Below, in pieces: positions 38,371 to 48,425 of a DNA stretch of 64,000 bases. The notes below the pieces were generated by a model. It saw nothing but the letters and a program-made list of their open reading frames with translations, was not told the origin of the DNA and ran no database searches. How positions within the stretch are numbered: position 1 is the stretch's first letter; each line of letters starts with the position of its first letter. The stretch spans positions 64,001 to 128,000 of the forward strand of contig JALSOH010000004.1 of NCBI GenBank assembly GCA_026986575.1, read 5' to 3'. The DNA is from Thermoproteota archaeon. GTDB lineage: Archaea > Korarchaeota > Korarchaeia > Korarchaeales > Korarchaeaceae. The position numbers were made by a program, and so were the translations under genes.

Positions 38371-39095
38371 AGTATCACCTCCAGCACCTCCTCTGGAGAT
38401 AGGTGGTACGGTCTCCTATCCACATAGGGAGCTGATTCCACCTTTTCACCCACCAAGGGCCTCAGGACATTCCTGAGGGTTCTCTTCCTCCTAGAGAATA
38501 TCGTCTTGGAGTACTCGAGAATAGCTTCTCTCACCTCAGGTTCAACATCCCTAGGCTCTATCACTACTATAGCCGATTCGACCTTAGGTGGGGGTTTGAA
38601 GGCCTTCTTCCCCACTACAGCCACGATCTTCACGCTGAAAAGGAGAGAGGATATCACCGTCAGGCTTCCATATTCTGGAGTCCCGGGGGAGGCGACCATC
38701 CTCTCGGCGAATTCCCTCTGGAAGGTCATCACCGCCCTCTCGAAATCGCTCCTCGTGAGACCAATTAGGATGGTTGAGGATAGGTAATAAGGTGGGTTGG
38801 CGGCTACCTTCTCATAACCCCTGATGGGTAGCACCTCTCTGATGTCCTTTTCAACTATTTCCACCCGGGGATCGGATGATAACCTAGACTTGAGATGCCA
38901 TATCATGCTGGGATCCTTCTCCACCAATATAAGCCTCTTGGGACCTCTCTTCAGTATCTCCTCACTCAAATTTCCAGTTCCAGCCCCCAGCTCGACCACA
39001 GAATCGGTGGATCTTATTGAAAGTAGATCCGCCATGACACCGAGCCACTTCCTCGATATCATTATGTGCTGGCCCAAGCTCTTTTTAAGCCTCAG
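38343..39095 (-). CDS. rsmA: 16S rRNA dimethyladenosine transferase KsgA/Dim1
   Basis: KKSLGQH, ELGAGTG, NPPY, FKPPPKVES; start is CTG 39095 or TTG 39077. Confidence 0.93.
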   Translation of the reverse strand: MRLKKSLGQHIMISRKWLGVMADLLSIRSTDSVVELGAGTGNLSEEILKRGPKRLILVEKDPSMIWHLKSRLSSDPRVEIVEKDIREVLPIRGYEKVAANPPYYLSSTILIGLTRSDFERAVMTFQREFAERMVASPGTPEYGSLTVISSLLFSVKIVAVVGKKAFKPPPKVESAIVVIEPRDVEPEVREAILEYSKTIFSRRKRTLRNVLRPLVGEKVESAPYVDRRPYHLSPEEVLEVILWLRELRSE

Positions 39096-39172
39096 GAGAG
39101 ATCACCGTCCTTTGAGAATGGGGTTAACAAGCTTATATATGGTTGCATAGGTTAGCTAACGGGTGAGGAAGC

Positions 39173-42007
39173 TTGGGTGTGGAGTCTCTCTTCAGAAAAA
39201 TCGATGAAGTCAGATGGGAGCTTCCTAAAGGGTTTAAACCCGGAATGAGGGTTCCCGGGCTGGTCTTCGCCAGTGAGAAGCTGATGAGGCAGATAGAGAG
39301 GGGAGCTGTGGAGCAGCTGGCTAATGTAGCAACTCTCCCCGGCATTTACAAGTATTCGATAGCTATGCCAGACATACATGAGGGTTACGGGTTCCCCATA
39401 GGGGGGGTGGCCGCCTTCGACGCTTATGAAGGGGTAATAAGCCCCGGAGGCGTGGGCTTTGACATCAACTGCCTCTCCCCGGACTCGGAGATACTGACGG
39501 AGCATGGCTTCAGGATAAGGCTCTCGGACCTCCCCAAGAAGCCCCACGGCCTCAGGGTCTATGATGCCGAGGAGGGTCACAACGATTACTCGGACCTGCT
39601 CTTCGTGGCCGTGAGGGAGGCCGATGAGTTCGCGATCAGGCTGATCACTGAGTCGGGCCGCTCCCTCGAAGGCAGTGCAGATCACCCCATCCTGACCCCC
39701 GAAGGTTACAGGCAGATGGGGGAGCTGAGGGCCGGCGATTCCATCGTCGTGTACCCGTTCGAGGGCGTGGAGTACGAGGAGAGGAGCGGGGTGCTGCTCG
39801 ATGAGAGCGTCTTCGAGGATCATCAGGTGAGGAGGTACCTGAGGGAGAGGGGCCTGATCCCGCTGCGCTGGGAGGACCCGAGGATCGGTACGATAGCGAG
39901 GCTGCTTGGCTTCGCGATGGGGGACGGCCACCTCGGGGAGATGTCAGGGAGGCTTCACATCTCCTTCTACGGCCTGAAGGATACGCTGGAGGAGGTGTGG
40001 AGGGATCTGAAGAGGCTGGGAGTGAGCGCGAGCCTTTACACGAGGAGGGGCGATAACTCGGAGCTCAGGGTGGCCAGCAGGTCCTTCGCCCTGCTGATGG
40101 AGAGGCTCGGGATGCCCAAGGGTAAGAAATCGGAGGTCCCCTTCTCGGTCCCGGAGTGGATAAGGGAGGCGCCCCTCTGGGTGAAGAGGAACTTTCTGGC
40201 TGGCCTCTTCGGGGCTGACGGTAGCGCACCCATCTTCAAGAGGTACACGCCCCTCCCGATACACCTCACCCAGCACAAGAGGTCCGGGCTTGAGGACAGC
40301 CTCCTGGGCTACCTGAAGGACGTAGCGGACCTGCTCAGGGAGTTCGGTATATCGAGCCTCATATACAGGATAGAAACTGTAGAGGGAAGCGTCTCATACA
40401 GGCTCGTGATAGAGGGGGACGAGAACATAAGGAACTTCCTAGGAAGGGTGGGCTACGAGTACGATCCGAGGAAGAAGGAGAGGGGTCTCTGGGCCTATGC
40501 ATACCTCGTCAGAAAGGAAAGGGTGAAGGAGATCAGGCGTGAGGCGGCAGAGAGGGCCAGAGAGGTCCACAGGAGGACGGGAAGCCTGAAGAAAGCCTAC
40601 GAATCCGTGAAGGGTATGGTGAACAGGAGGTTCGTCGAGCGCTCCCTCTACTACCCGGCGGGAGACGCTAGGCCCCCGAAGGGGTTCCCGACCTTCGAGG
40701 AGTTCGTCGATGCCTATGGGCTGAGGGGTGGCATGGTCATTGAGAGGGTCAAGAGGGTCGAGAGGATGAGGCCCTCCTACAGGGAGTTCTACGATGTCGG
40801 TGTCGAGCACAGGGCCCACAACTTCGTGGCCAACGGGATGATCGTCCATAACTGTGGGGTCAGGCTGATAAGGACTGATCTGAGCGAGAATGAGGTCAGG
40901 CCAAAGCTGAGGCAGTTGGTAGACACACTATTCGCTAATGTCCCCTCGGGATTGGGCAGCAGGGGCAAGTTAAGGTTGACTCCCCAGCAGCTCGACGAGG
41001 TCATCCTGATGGGAGCACGATGGGCTGTGGAACACGGTTATGGGTGGGAGAAGGACTTGGAGCACGCTGAGGAAGGGGGGATGATGGAGGGAGCCGATCC
41101 CTCCGTGATAAGTAGGAGGGCCAAGGAGAGAGGTGCCCCTCAGCTGGGAACGTTGGGGAGCGGTAACCACTTCTTGGAGGTTCAGGTGGTCGACAAGATA
41201 TACGATCCGGAGGTGGCGAAGGTCATGGGCATAACCCACGAGGGGCAGATCACAGCCATGGTCCACACCGGAAGCAGGGGATTCGGGCATCAAGTGGCCG
41301 ACGATTACCTCAGACTCATGCTCTCCAATATCAGGAACTTGGACTTCAGGCTCCCTGATAAGCAGCTGATATGCGCTTATGCCAACACTGAACTGGCTCA
41401 GAGGTACTTCAAGGCCATGAGGGGAGCGGCGAATTATGCCTGGGCTAACAGGCAGATGATAACCAACTGGGTCAGGGAATCCTTCGAAAAAGTTTTCGGG
41501 AGGAGCGCTGAGGATATGGGCATGTGGCTAGTCTATGATGTTGCCCACAACATAGCAAAGCTGGAGGAGCATGACGTAGATGGGAAAAGGGTGAAGGTCT
41601 ACGTACACAGGAAAGGGGCTACCAGGTCCTTCCCGCCAGGTCATCCAGCGGTACCCAGCGACTACAGGGACATTGGCCAGCCGGTGCTCATTCCCGGATC
41701 TCAGGGAACGGCCTCCTATCTCATGGTGGGCACCCATCAGGCGATGAGCGAGTCCTTCGGGACCACCGCACACGGCGCTGGCAGGGTTATGAGCAGGGCA
41801 AGGGCTAAGAGGATATATAGGGGGACGCAGATAGTCCAGATGCTCGCTCAAAGGGGAATAATAGTCAAGCCAGCTTCCTTCGCAGTGGCTGCGGAGGAGG
41901 CACCGGGCGCGTACAAGGATGTGGATGAAGTAGTGAATGTCACCCATCGCGCCGGCATAGCCAAGCTCGTCGCGAGGCTCAGGCCCATAGGTGTCGTCAA
42001 AGGATAG
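39173..42007 (+). CDS. rtcB: tRNA-splicing ligase RtcB containing an intein
   Basis: PDIHEGYGFPIG, GFDIN/CG, GSGNHF, HTGSRG, HNIA, HRKGAT, HGAGR. Confidence 0.96.
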   Translation: MGVESLFRKIDEVRWELPKGFKPGMRVPGLVFASEKLMRQIERGAVEQLANVATLPGIYKYSIAMPDIHEGYGFPIGGVAAFDAYEGVISPGGVGFDINCLSPDSEILTEHGFRIRLSDLPKKPHGLRVYDAEEGHNDYSDLLFVAVREADEFAIRLITESGRSLEGSADHPILTPEGYRQMGELRAGDSIVVYPFEGVEYEERSGVLLDESVFEDHQVRRYLRERGLIPLRWEDPRIGTIARLLGFAMGDGHLGEMSGRLHISFYGLKDTLEEVWRDLKRLGVSASLYTRRGDNSELRVASRSFALLMERLGMPKGKKSEVPFSVPEWIREAPLWVKRNFLAGLFGADGSAPIFKRYTPLPIHLTQHKRSGLEDSLLGYLKDVADLLREFGISSLIYRIETVEGSVSYRLVIEGDENIRNFLGRVGYEYDPRKKERGLWAYAYLVRKERVKEIRREAAERAREVHRRTGSLKKAYESVKGMVNRRFVERSLYYPAGDARPPKGFPTFEEFVDAYGLRGGMVIERVKRVERMRPSYREFYDVGVEHRAHNFVANGMIVHNCGVRLIRTDLSENEVRPKLRQLVDTLFANVPSGLGSRGKLRLTPQQLDEVILMGARWAVEHGYGWEKDLEHAEEGGMMEGADPSVISRRAKERGAPQLGTLGSGNHFLEVQVVDKIYDPEVAKVMGITHEGQITAMVHTGSRGFGHQVADDYLRLMLSNIRNLDFRLPDKQLICAYANTELAQRYFKAMRGAANYAWANRQMITNWVRESFEKVFGRSAEDMGMWLVYDVAHNIAKLEEHDVDGKRVKVYVHRKGATRSFPPGHPAVPSDYRDIGQPVLIPGSQGTASYLMVGTHQAMSESFGTTAHGAGRVMSRARAKRIYRGTQIVQMLAQRGIIVKPASFAVAAEEAPGAYKDVDEVVNVTHRAGIAKLVARLRPIGVVKG
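39470..40852 (+). mobile_element. Intein with LAGLIDADG homing endonuclease (461 aa) in RtcB
   Basis: Starts CLSPDSEI after GFDIN, ends VHN before Cys; S.DHP block B; LLGFAMGDG and FLAGLFGADG motifs. Confidence 0.95.
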
Positions 42008-42040
42008 ATCAATTTATTATACTCCCACCCTTTTCTCTCC

Positions 42041-42775
42041 TTGGTGTTGGATTTGAGCGGTAAAGCGTTTCTCCTAGTGGATCTCACGGTAAAGGACGCG
42101 AGGGAGGGTAAGATATACCAGACGACTGTGGAGGAGACAGCCAAGGAGTCTGGAATATACGACGAGAGGTCTGTGTACCTGCCAGTACTTGTGATACCTG
42201 GAGAGGCTGACCTCTTCCCCAAGGTGATGGAAGCACTGAAAGATCTTAACGAAGGTGAGAGTTTCGAGGTCAAATTAAGTCCTGAAGATGCATACGGCCC
42301 CTACGACAGGGGAAAGGTCAGGGTGTTCTCGGTAAAGAGGCTGGAGAGGGAGGGTATCCAGCCTCAGATCGGGGCGACTGTCTACGTGGACGGGCAGAGA
42401 GGGGTAATTCAGTCAATTACCGGTGGGAGGGTGACCATAGACTTCAACCATCCCTTGGCGGGCAGGGAACTGGTGGTGTCCGGGAAGGTGGTCAGGAAGA
42501 TAGAGAACGACTTGGAGAAGGTAAGGGCTATAGTGGCGGACTCCTTCGACGTGCCCTTAGAGGACATAAAAGTCGAGGAGGTGGAGGAGGGCGTGGTGAC
42601 CGTAGAGCTTCCTTCCAAGGCATACGTGCTGAGGGATGCCTACTCTAGGAAGATAAGGTCCCTCTCCCTGATAATGAGACATGTCAAAAGTGTTAAGAAG
42701 GTCCGCTTCCTAGAGGAGTTCGAAATCCCCAAGAAGGAGTCGGAGGCTGAAGGGTCTCAAACTCGAGAGTCCTGA
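42041..42775 (+). CDS. Long-type FKBP peptidyl-prolyl isomerase
   Basis: PEDAYG, IDFNHPLAG plus archaeal C-terminal domain. Confidence 0.9.
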   Translation: MVLDLSGKAFLLVDLTVKDAREGKIYQTTVEETAKESGIYDERSVYLPVLVIPGEADLFPKVMEALKDLNEGESFEVKLSPEDAYGPYDRGKVRVFSVKRLEREGIQPQIGATVYVDGQRGVIQSITGGRVTIDFNHPLAGRELVVSGKVVRKIENDLEKVRAIVADSFDVPLEDIKVEEVEEGVVTVELPSKAYVLRDAYSRKIRSLSLIMRHVKSVKKVRFLEEFEIPKKESEAEGSQTRES

Positions 42776-42788
42776 TTGGAGGTTGAGA

Positions 42789-43232
42789 TCACCTGACCTC
42801 AACCTCGTATATCTTGAAGCCAGCCACCTTTGAGCAACCGGATAGGGGGCCAACCTCTCTCACGATCTTTATTTTGTCTCCGGGCACGATCCCCTCCGGG
42901 TTGCAGTACGGATAATTCTTGCATGAGATATCCTCACACTCCATCCCTTTATACTGCATCGTGACGCCCTCTATGAGGCCAGAAGGTAGAGCGACGAGAA
43001 TATGGGCCTTCCTCAGGGTAGCCAGCACAACTTCACCGTGTAGCGGGCAGGAGAACCTCTTCTTCCTGTTAACCTCCACGACCTCGTATATCCTGCCCAT
43101 CTCCAATCCATCAACGCACGCTGACCTCAGCTTGCAGGTCTTACACGATTCTGATATCCCCTCGAAGGTGAATTTGAACCCTCTTTTAGCTAGAGAGGAC
43201 GGTACCAAGCCCACTCTTTCCCCATCAGTCAT
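42789..43232 (-). CDS. UPF0179 family protein
   Basis: CKTCKLRSAC..LEMGRIYEV..CPLH, C..C..C pattern. Confidence 0.85.
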   Translation of the reverse strand: MTDGERVGLVPSSLAKRGFKFTFEGISESCKTCKLRSACVDGLEMGRIYEVVEVNRKKRFSCPLHGEVVLATLRKAHILVALPSGLIEGVTMQYKGMECEDISCKNYPYCNPEGIVPGDKIKIVREVGPLSGCSKVAGFKIYEVEVR

Positions 43233-43326
43233 TTAAGTGCACCGATGCTGATTCAGCGGAATCCTTTTAATTCGATTGCCCCCAGTGAAAGGGGATAGCT
43301 ACTTAGCCTCACCTAAAGGTGGTTCT

Positions 43327-44004
43327 ATGTTCCATGATGTTAGGACTGGAGGGGCACATGCTGATGTCCCCGAGCAGCTAGAGAAGCTGCTGAAGGGAAC
43401 TACGACCGTTGGCGTCAAGTTCAGGGATGGGGTGATAATAGCCTCGGATAAGAGGGCTACGAGTGGTACCTTCGTCGCCAGCAAGAGCGCCGTCAAGACC
43501 ATACAGTTGACTGACTACGCGGTCGCTACCATTTCAGGGCTGGTCGCTGACGGGCAGTACCTAGTCAATCACGTAAAGGCCATGGCTGAACTCTATCAGT
43601 TGGATATGGAGAGGCCGCTGAACTTGAAGGGCATGGCGAAGCTCCTATCTGTGATGTTGAGGAATTACAGACCGTATTTCCTAATGGCCCACTTAATAGT
43701 GGGGGGCATAGACAGGGAGGGCCCGCATCTATTCAATGTGGACTTCTTCGGGACTTTGACCGAGGAGGATTATCTAGCCACGGGTTCTGGATCTCCCGTC
43801 GCCATTTCAGTCATTGAGGAGGGGTACTCTCCGGATATGGATAAGGAGCGCGCACTAAAGCTCGTCATCTCTGGAATGATAGCTGCTCTCTCTAGGGACT
43901 CGGCTACCGGGGATGGAATTGACGTAGTAGTCATAGACAGAGGTGGCGTGAGGTTCCTCTCTAGGGAGGAGATCACTGAGTTGTGGAAGGAGCTTTCGGG
44001 ATGA
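43327..44004 (+). CDS. psmB: Proteasome subunit beta
   Basis: Propeptide then KG|TTTVG, DKRAT, ATGSGS, RDSATG. Confidence 0.96.
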   Translation: MFHDVRTGGAHADVPEQLEKLLKGTTTVGVKFRDGVIIASDKRATSGTFVASKSAVKTIQLTDYAVATISGLVADGQYLVNHVKAMAELYQLDMERPLNLKGMAKLLSVMLRNYRPYFLMAHLIVGGIDREGPHLFNVDFFGTLTEEDYLATGSGSPVAISVIEEGYSPDMDKERALKLVISGMIAALSRDSATGDGIDVVVIDRGGVRFLSREEITELWKELSG

Positions 44005-44014
44005 GGGTGTCTGA

Positions 44015-45910
44015 TTGCAGCCCGTAGAGCAGCTGAAAAGGAGGGTGAGGGAATACCTCTCCCAGTACGCAAAGATAACCAAGGTCGATTTGGAGGGACC
44101 TTTCGTCGTCGTTTACGCGGAGGATCCTAGGGAGATATTGGATATACCTGACGCCATCACTAACGCCGCGAAGACCCTGAAGAAGAAGATCATAGTGCTG
44201 GCATCGAAACCCTTAAAGGACGAGAATGCCACCATAGAGTTCATAAGGAAGCTAGTTCCTCAGAAAGCTGAGATAATTGATATAAAATTTGTTCAGGAGA
44301 CGAACGAGGTGTACATAATTGCTAAGCGGACGGGTTACGTCGTAGGGAAGGGCGGTTCTAACATACTGGAGATCCTGAAGGAGACTGGATGGAGACCCAT
44401 CATAATAAGGGCTCCCACAATAAAATCGGCCTTCTTGGAGACTTTCTACAACATCTTGATCTCAGGATCTGTTGAGAGGAAGAGAATCCTCAAAAGGCTC
44501 TCCTCTAGGATATATAGGCCCCCAGTGGGAGCTGATAGGGGCCTGTTCATTACATTTTTGGGGGCGGCTAGGGAGGTGGGCAGAAGCGCCATCCTAGTTC
44601 ACACGGATGAGAGCACCGTGCTCCTAGATAGTGGGATAAGTGTGGGTGGTAGAAATCCCTTCCCGAGATTCGACCTTCCCATATTCAGGCTGGAGGAACT
44701 CGATGCCGTGGTGGTGACCCACGCTCACCTCGATCATTCCGGAGCCCTGCCCCTCCTGTTCAAGTATGGATACAGGGGTCCAGTTTATCTGACGAAACCG
44801 ACCAGAGACCTGATAATGCTCCTGCTCTATGATTACCTGAACCTCTCCCAGAAGATGGGGATAACACCCTTCTTCTCGTGGAGGGATGTTGTGAACCTGA
44901 TGAACCACATGATTACCTTGGATTACGGGGAGACTGTCGACATATCCCCTGACATAAAACTCACCCTCTACAATGCTGGGCACATACTGGGTTCGAGCTT
45001 GGCCCACCTCAACATAGAGAGCTCCAAGCATAACATCCTCTACACCGGAGATTTCAGATACAGGGACACCAAGCTATTGGATAAGGCTATGAGGAGGTTC
45101 CCGAGGGTGGAAACCCTCATAATGGAGTGCACATACTGTGGGGAGAGGGATGTGCTGCCCAGCCTCAGGGAGGCCGAGGAAGCACTCTTTTCCATAATAA
45201 GGGAGACGGCTGAGAGAGGAGGGAAGGTTCTCATTCCCGCCTTGGCTGTGGGGAGGGCCCAGGAAATAATGCTCTCCTTAGTAGATGGGTTCCGCAGGGA
45301 TGTACTCCCAGACATACCGGTTTACCTAGATGGTATGATCTATGACTCGACAGCGATCCATTCAGCCTATCCGGACTATCTCTCATCCTACGTCAGGAAC
45401 AGGGTCTTCAAGGAGGACAGGGATCCCTTCACCGATCCCCATTTCAACTTCATCGGTGGGCCCGATGAGAGGCCCGATGTGACCACTGGCGGGCCTGCTG
45501 TGATTATAGCTCCGTCGGGAATGCTCACCGGAGGTCCCAGTGTCGAGTATCTGAGGCTCATGGCACCGAATGAGGATAACTCCATAGTGCTGGTGAGCTA
45601 TCAGGCCGAGGGAACCTTGGGTAGGAGGATAAGGGACGGAGCTAGGGAGATCAGGGTGCCCAACGAGGAAGGTGAGATAGTCACGGTCGAGGTGAGGGCC
45701 AAGGTTCATGTCGTCGAGGGGTTCTCGGCTCATGCCGACAAGGTACAGCTCCTTACCTACCTGAATACAGTTGAGCCTAGACCGCACAGGGTCTTCCTAG
45801 TGCACGGAGAGGAGAGCAAAATAAGATCGTTCATCCCTCTAGCCCACAAGAGTATAGGCGGGATGAGGTTCTCCGCCCCCCACATAGGAGAGACGTTCAA
45901 ACTGGCTTGA
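44015..45910 (+). CDS. beta-CASP ribonuclease aCPSF1 (FttA)
   Basis: N-terminal KH domains, HAHLDH, AGHILG, FSAHAD; conserved after psmB. Confidence 0.94.
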   Translation: MQPVEQLKRRVREYLSQYAKITKVDLEGPFVVVYAEDPREILDIPDAITNAAKTLKKKIIVLASKPLKDENATIEFIRKLVPQKAEIIDIKFVQETNEVYIIAKRTGYVVGKGGSNILEILKETGWRPIIIRAPTIKSAFLETFYNILISGSVERKRILKRLSSRIYRPPVGADRGLFITFLGAAREVGRSAILVHTDESTVLLDSGISVGGRNPFPRFDLPIFRLEELDAVVVTHAHLDHSGALPLLFKYGYRGPVYLTKPTRDLIMLLLYDYLNLSQKMGITPFFSWRDVVNLMNHMITLDYGETVDISPDIKLTLYNAGHILGSSLAHLNIESSKHNILYTGDFRYRDTKLLDKAMRRFPRVETLIMECTYCGERDVLPSLREAEEALFSIIRETAERGGKVLIPALAVGRAQEIMLSLVDGFRRDVLPDIPVYLDGMIYDSTAIHSAYPDYLSSYVRNRVFKEDRDPFTDPHFNFIGGPDERPDVTTGGPAVIIAPSGMLTGGPSVEYLRLMAPNEDNSIVLVSYQAEGTLGRRIRDGAREIRVPNEEGEIVTVEVRAKVHVVEGFSAHADKVQLLTYLNTVEPRPHRVFLVHGEESKIRSFIPLAHKSIGGMRFSAPHIGETFKLA

Positions 45911-45931
45911 GCAACGCCTAAAAAGATGGAG

Positions 45932-46336
45932 TCACTCGGGACTGCGCCATATCTCCACGAACCTAGGGACTATCAGTATGGGAGGATAGCCCCTATCCCT
46001 TATCAGCACCAAGTCCCCACCCATCTCAAGAACCCTTTCCTTCAGCCTCTGTATGATGAACCTCAGCTTCTCCTCACCCTCAGCAGCCAAGTCATCGTAT
46101 CTCAGAAGAATTATATTGCCCTCGCTTATCTCATTGAGAACCTGCTCTACGTCCTCAGCGTTTCTCAGGCTCATAGGCTTTACAGTTATCGCCTTCTCAG
46201 CTAGAACTTTGGCCTTCGCCGGTTCTACCTCATAATCTAGATCTTCGTACTCGATCTCCTCCTCATATCCCTCTTCAGGGTACTCTTCCTCGTACTCCTC
46301 CTCTCCCCTTCCGAAGAGCTTTCTGAAGAAACCCAA
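45932..46336 (-). CDS. sepF: Cell division protein SepF
   Basis: Amphipathic MGFFRKLFG, acidic linker, GNIIL..GGDL..ILIVP core. Confidence 0.85.
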   Translation of the reverse strand: MGFFRKLFGRGEEEYEEEYPEEGYEEEIEYEDLDYEVEPAKAKVLAEKAITVKPMSLRNAEDVEQVLNEISEGNIILLRYDDLAAEGEEKLRFIIQRLKERVLEMGGDLVLIRDRGYPPILIVPRFVEIWRSPE

Positions 46337-46594
46337 AGTACAACCCCCACGAACTTGCTTCGATAATCCCACCTCAACACATATTTAAAGACTACTCGAC
46401 TGGGGGCATGAAAAGAGGATTTTCCTTTCCCCGATCGCTTTATATGGGGATAGGAGGGAATTTTCAACGGTGGTCCATTTACAGGGAGCTAATAGTACTG
46501 GCAAGTCCCGCGGATCCGATCTCGAATATCGCATCCAAAACCTATTTAAAAGGGAAATGCCCCCTTATTCAATGAACCAACGAGGGGAACTGAC

Positions 46595-46843
46595 ATGTCC
46601 AGCGCCATGAGATACCTCTCCAAGAGCGTTAACACAAACATCTTGGTATCCTTGAAGAATGGCATATTCGTTAGGGGGATATTGAGGGCCTACGACAACC
46701 ATCTCAACCTCATCTTGGATAACGCTGAGGAGATATATACCACCCCCGATGGGGAGACTAAGCAAAACAGCATAGGTAAGAGGGTTTTAATAAGGGGAGA
46801 CAACGTGATCGCCATATCCACACCGAAGATAGAGATGGAGTGA
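46595..46843 (+). CDS. Sm-like archaeal protein (SmAP/Lsm)
   Basis: [18 protein letters not shown]; adjacent to rpl37e. Confidence 0.93.
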   Translation: MSSAMRYLSKSVNTNILVSLKNGIFVRGILRAYDNHLNLILDNAEEIYTTPDGETKQNSIGKRVLIRGDNVIAISTPKIEME

Positions 46844-46856
46844 GGGGGGTACTGTT

Positions 46857-47048
46857 ATGGTGAAGGGAACACCGTCAATGGGTAGAAGGGGCAGGGGCAA
46901 GACCCACATCAGGTGCAGGAGGTGCGGACGGCACTCGTACAATGTAAGAAAGGGTTACTGTGCAGCGTGTGGTTTTGGAAGGAGTAAGAGGATGAGAAGG
47001 TACGAGTGGGCCAACAAGGTGAGGTGGAAGGGCTTAAGGGTTGTATAA
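46857..47048 (+). CDS. rpl37e: 50S ribosomal protein L37e
   Basis: [23 protein letters not shown]. Confidence 0.97.
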   Translation: MVKGTPSMGRRGRGKTHIRCRRCGRHSYNVRKGYCAACGFGRSKRMRRYEWANKVRWKGLRVV

Positions 47049-47144
47049 CCCTCAATGACTGTTCAATCGGTTCACCCCTCTCTTGAGGGAGCGCCTCACG
47101 CGCAGAGAAAAGGTTAAAATTCCCATGCCATCCATGATGGTTCG

Positions 47145-47220
47145 GGGCCGGTGGCGCAGCTGGTAGCGCGCCCGCTTGGCATGCGGGAGGTCGGGGGTTC
47201 GAGTCCCCCCCGGTCCACCA
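47145..47220 (+). tRNA. tRNA-Ala(GGC), CCA encoded
   Basis: CCCGC-TTGGCAT-GCGGG, G3:U70. Confidence 0.96.
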
Positions 47221-47227
47221 TTTAACT

Positions 47228-47299
47228 GCCGGGGTAGCTCAGGGGGAGAGCGTCCGGCTGAAGACCGGAAGGTCGAGGGTTCAAATCCCTCCCCCGGCA
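47228..47299 (+). tRNA. tRNA-Phe(GAA)
   Basis: TCCGG-CTGAAGA-CCGGA. Confidence 0.95.
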
Positions 47300-47317
47300 C
47301 TCCTTAGGGATGGTAGT

Positions 47318-48049
47318 ATGAGAAGAAATCGCGTCTCCGATTATCTCCTTAGTTCGCTGAAGAGCTACTTCGGCAGTGAAGTTGGGGAGAGACTAGCTGA
47401 TCTACTCTCCAAGACGGGAATCACCTGCTTCGATGATCTGGCCGGAGATGTTCCCGAGGAGATATTGGAGCTTGCGGAGGTAGATAGGGCTTCTTTCATG
47501 GGATTTCTCGACGAGTACGGACCTCAGGCTATTATCAAATTGAAGAGTGAATTATCTGACCTGAGCTCTAAGATCAGCGATTTGGAATCTCAGCTCAAGT
47601 GGGCTCGGGAGAGGATATTGAGCGATGTGGGCACTAGGACTTCAAGGAGGGCTAACCTGAGGAGGGAGATAGAGGCGGCGATGGGCATATTGGACACACT
47701 AGCTGGATCTGTCAGATTATGCTGTGAGCCTCATAGCTCGATAGGGGAAGAGAGGGCAAGGAACTACGCCGAGGTGCTTGATGGGGTAATTCAAAGGTTG
47801 CGTAATATTTCGACTGATCTAGGAGAGCTGGAACCTATTCTAAGGGGCTTGGAGAACATAAAGTCGTTAATGGAGCAGCGACCAGTAGCTGATGATCTAT
47901 ACCACTTAATCTCTTACTCAGTGTCCTCCCTGTCGGATCTGATGAGACTTGTCGCGGAAGACAATTCGGAAAGTAAGGTGCTGTTATGGGAGAATATCCT
48001 CCTCAAGAGCGAATTAATCTCGGCGCTGTGCAGAAAAAGGGACCGTTAG
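47318..48049 (+). CDS. Hypothetical coiled-coil protein
   Basis: 243-aa ORF with heptad-like Leu/Ile pattern. Confidence 0.65.
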   Translation: MRRNRVSDYLLSSLKSYFGSEVGERLADLLSKTGITCFDDLAGDVPEEILELAEVDRASFMGFLDEYGPQAIIKLKSELSDLSSKISDLESQLKWARERILSDVGTRTSRRANLRREIEAAMGILDTLAGSVRLCCEPHSSIGEERARNYAEVLDGVIQRLRNISTDLGELEPILRGLENIKSLMEQRPVADDLYHLISYSVSSLSDLMRLVAEDNSESKVLLWENILLKSELISALCRKRDR

Positions 48050-48330
48050 TCCCTTATCCTCTCCAAGAGGCCGATTATTAGGAGGATCTCGGACCTAGTC
48101 GGGAAGGGCATGTTAATATCATTTACTATCTCATTCAGGATAGAAATGGCCTTATTGGCCCTTACCCCGTAGCTAAAGTTCTCATCTCTGAGAGCCTCGA
48201 TTGCTTCGGTCGTAGCCCTCCTTATATTCCTTGGGACGCTTCTATCCTGAGAAATCTTATCAAGCCTTTGTATGGCCTCTGATAGGAACTGCTCATACTC
48301 CTTAATCTTCTGGGACTTCTTGGTGGCCAT
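48046..48330 (-). CDS. UPF0147 family protein
   Basis: D.SVPRNIRR, D.NMP..TR. Confidence 0.9.
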   Translation of the reverse strand: MATKKSQKIKEYEQFLSEAIQRLDKISQDRSVPRNIRRATTEAIEALRDENFSYGVRANKAISILNEIVNDINMPFPTRSEILLIIGLLERIRD

Positions 48331-48425
48331 AACAATCACCTCCGAATCAAGCAGACTCCTGTAGGATCGCACCTCATCGACTTAAAAAATTATTACCTAA
48401 GCGATTAAGCTAAGGGGATCACTCG

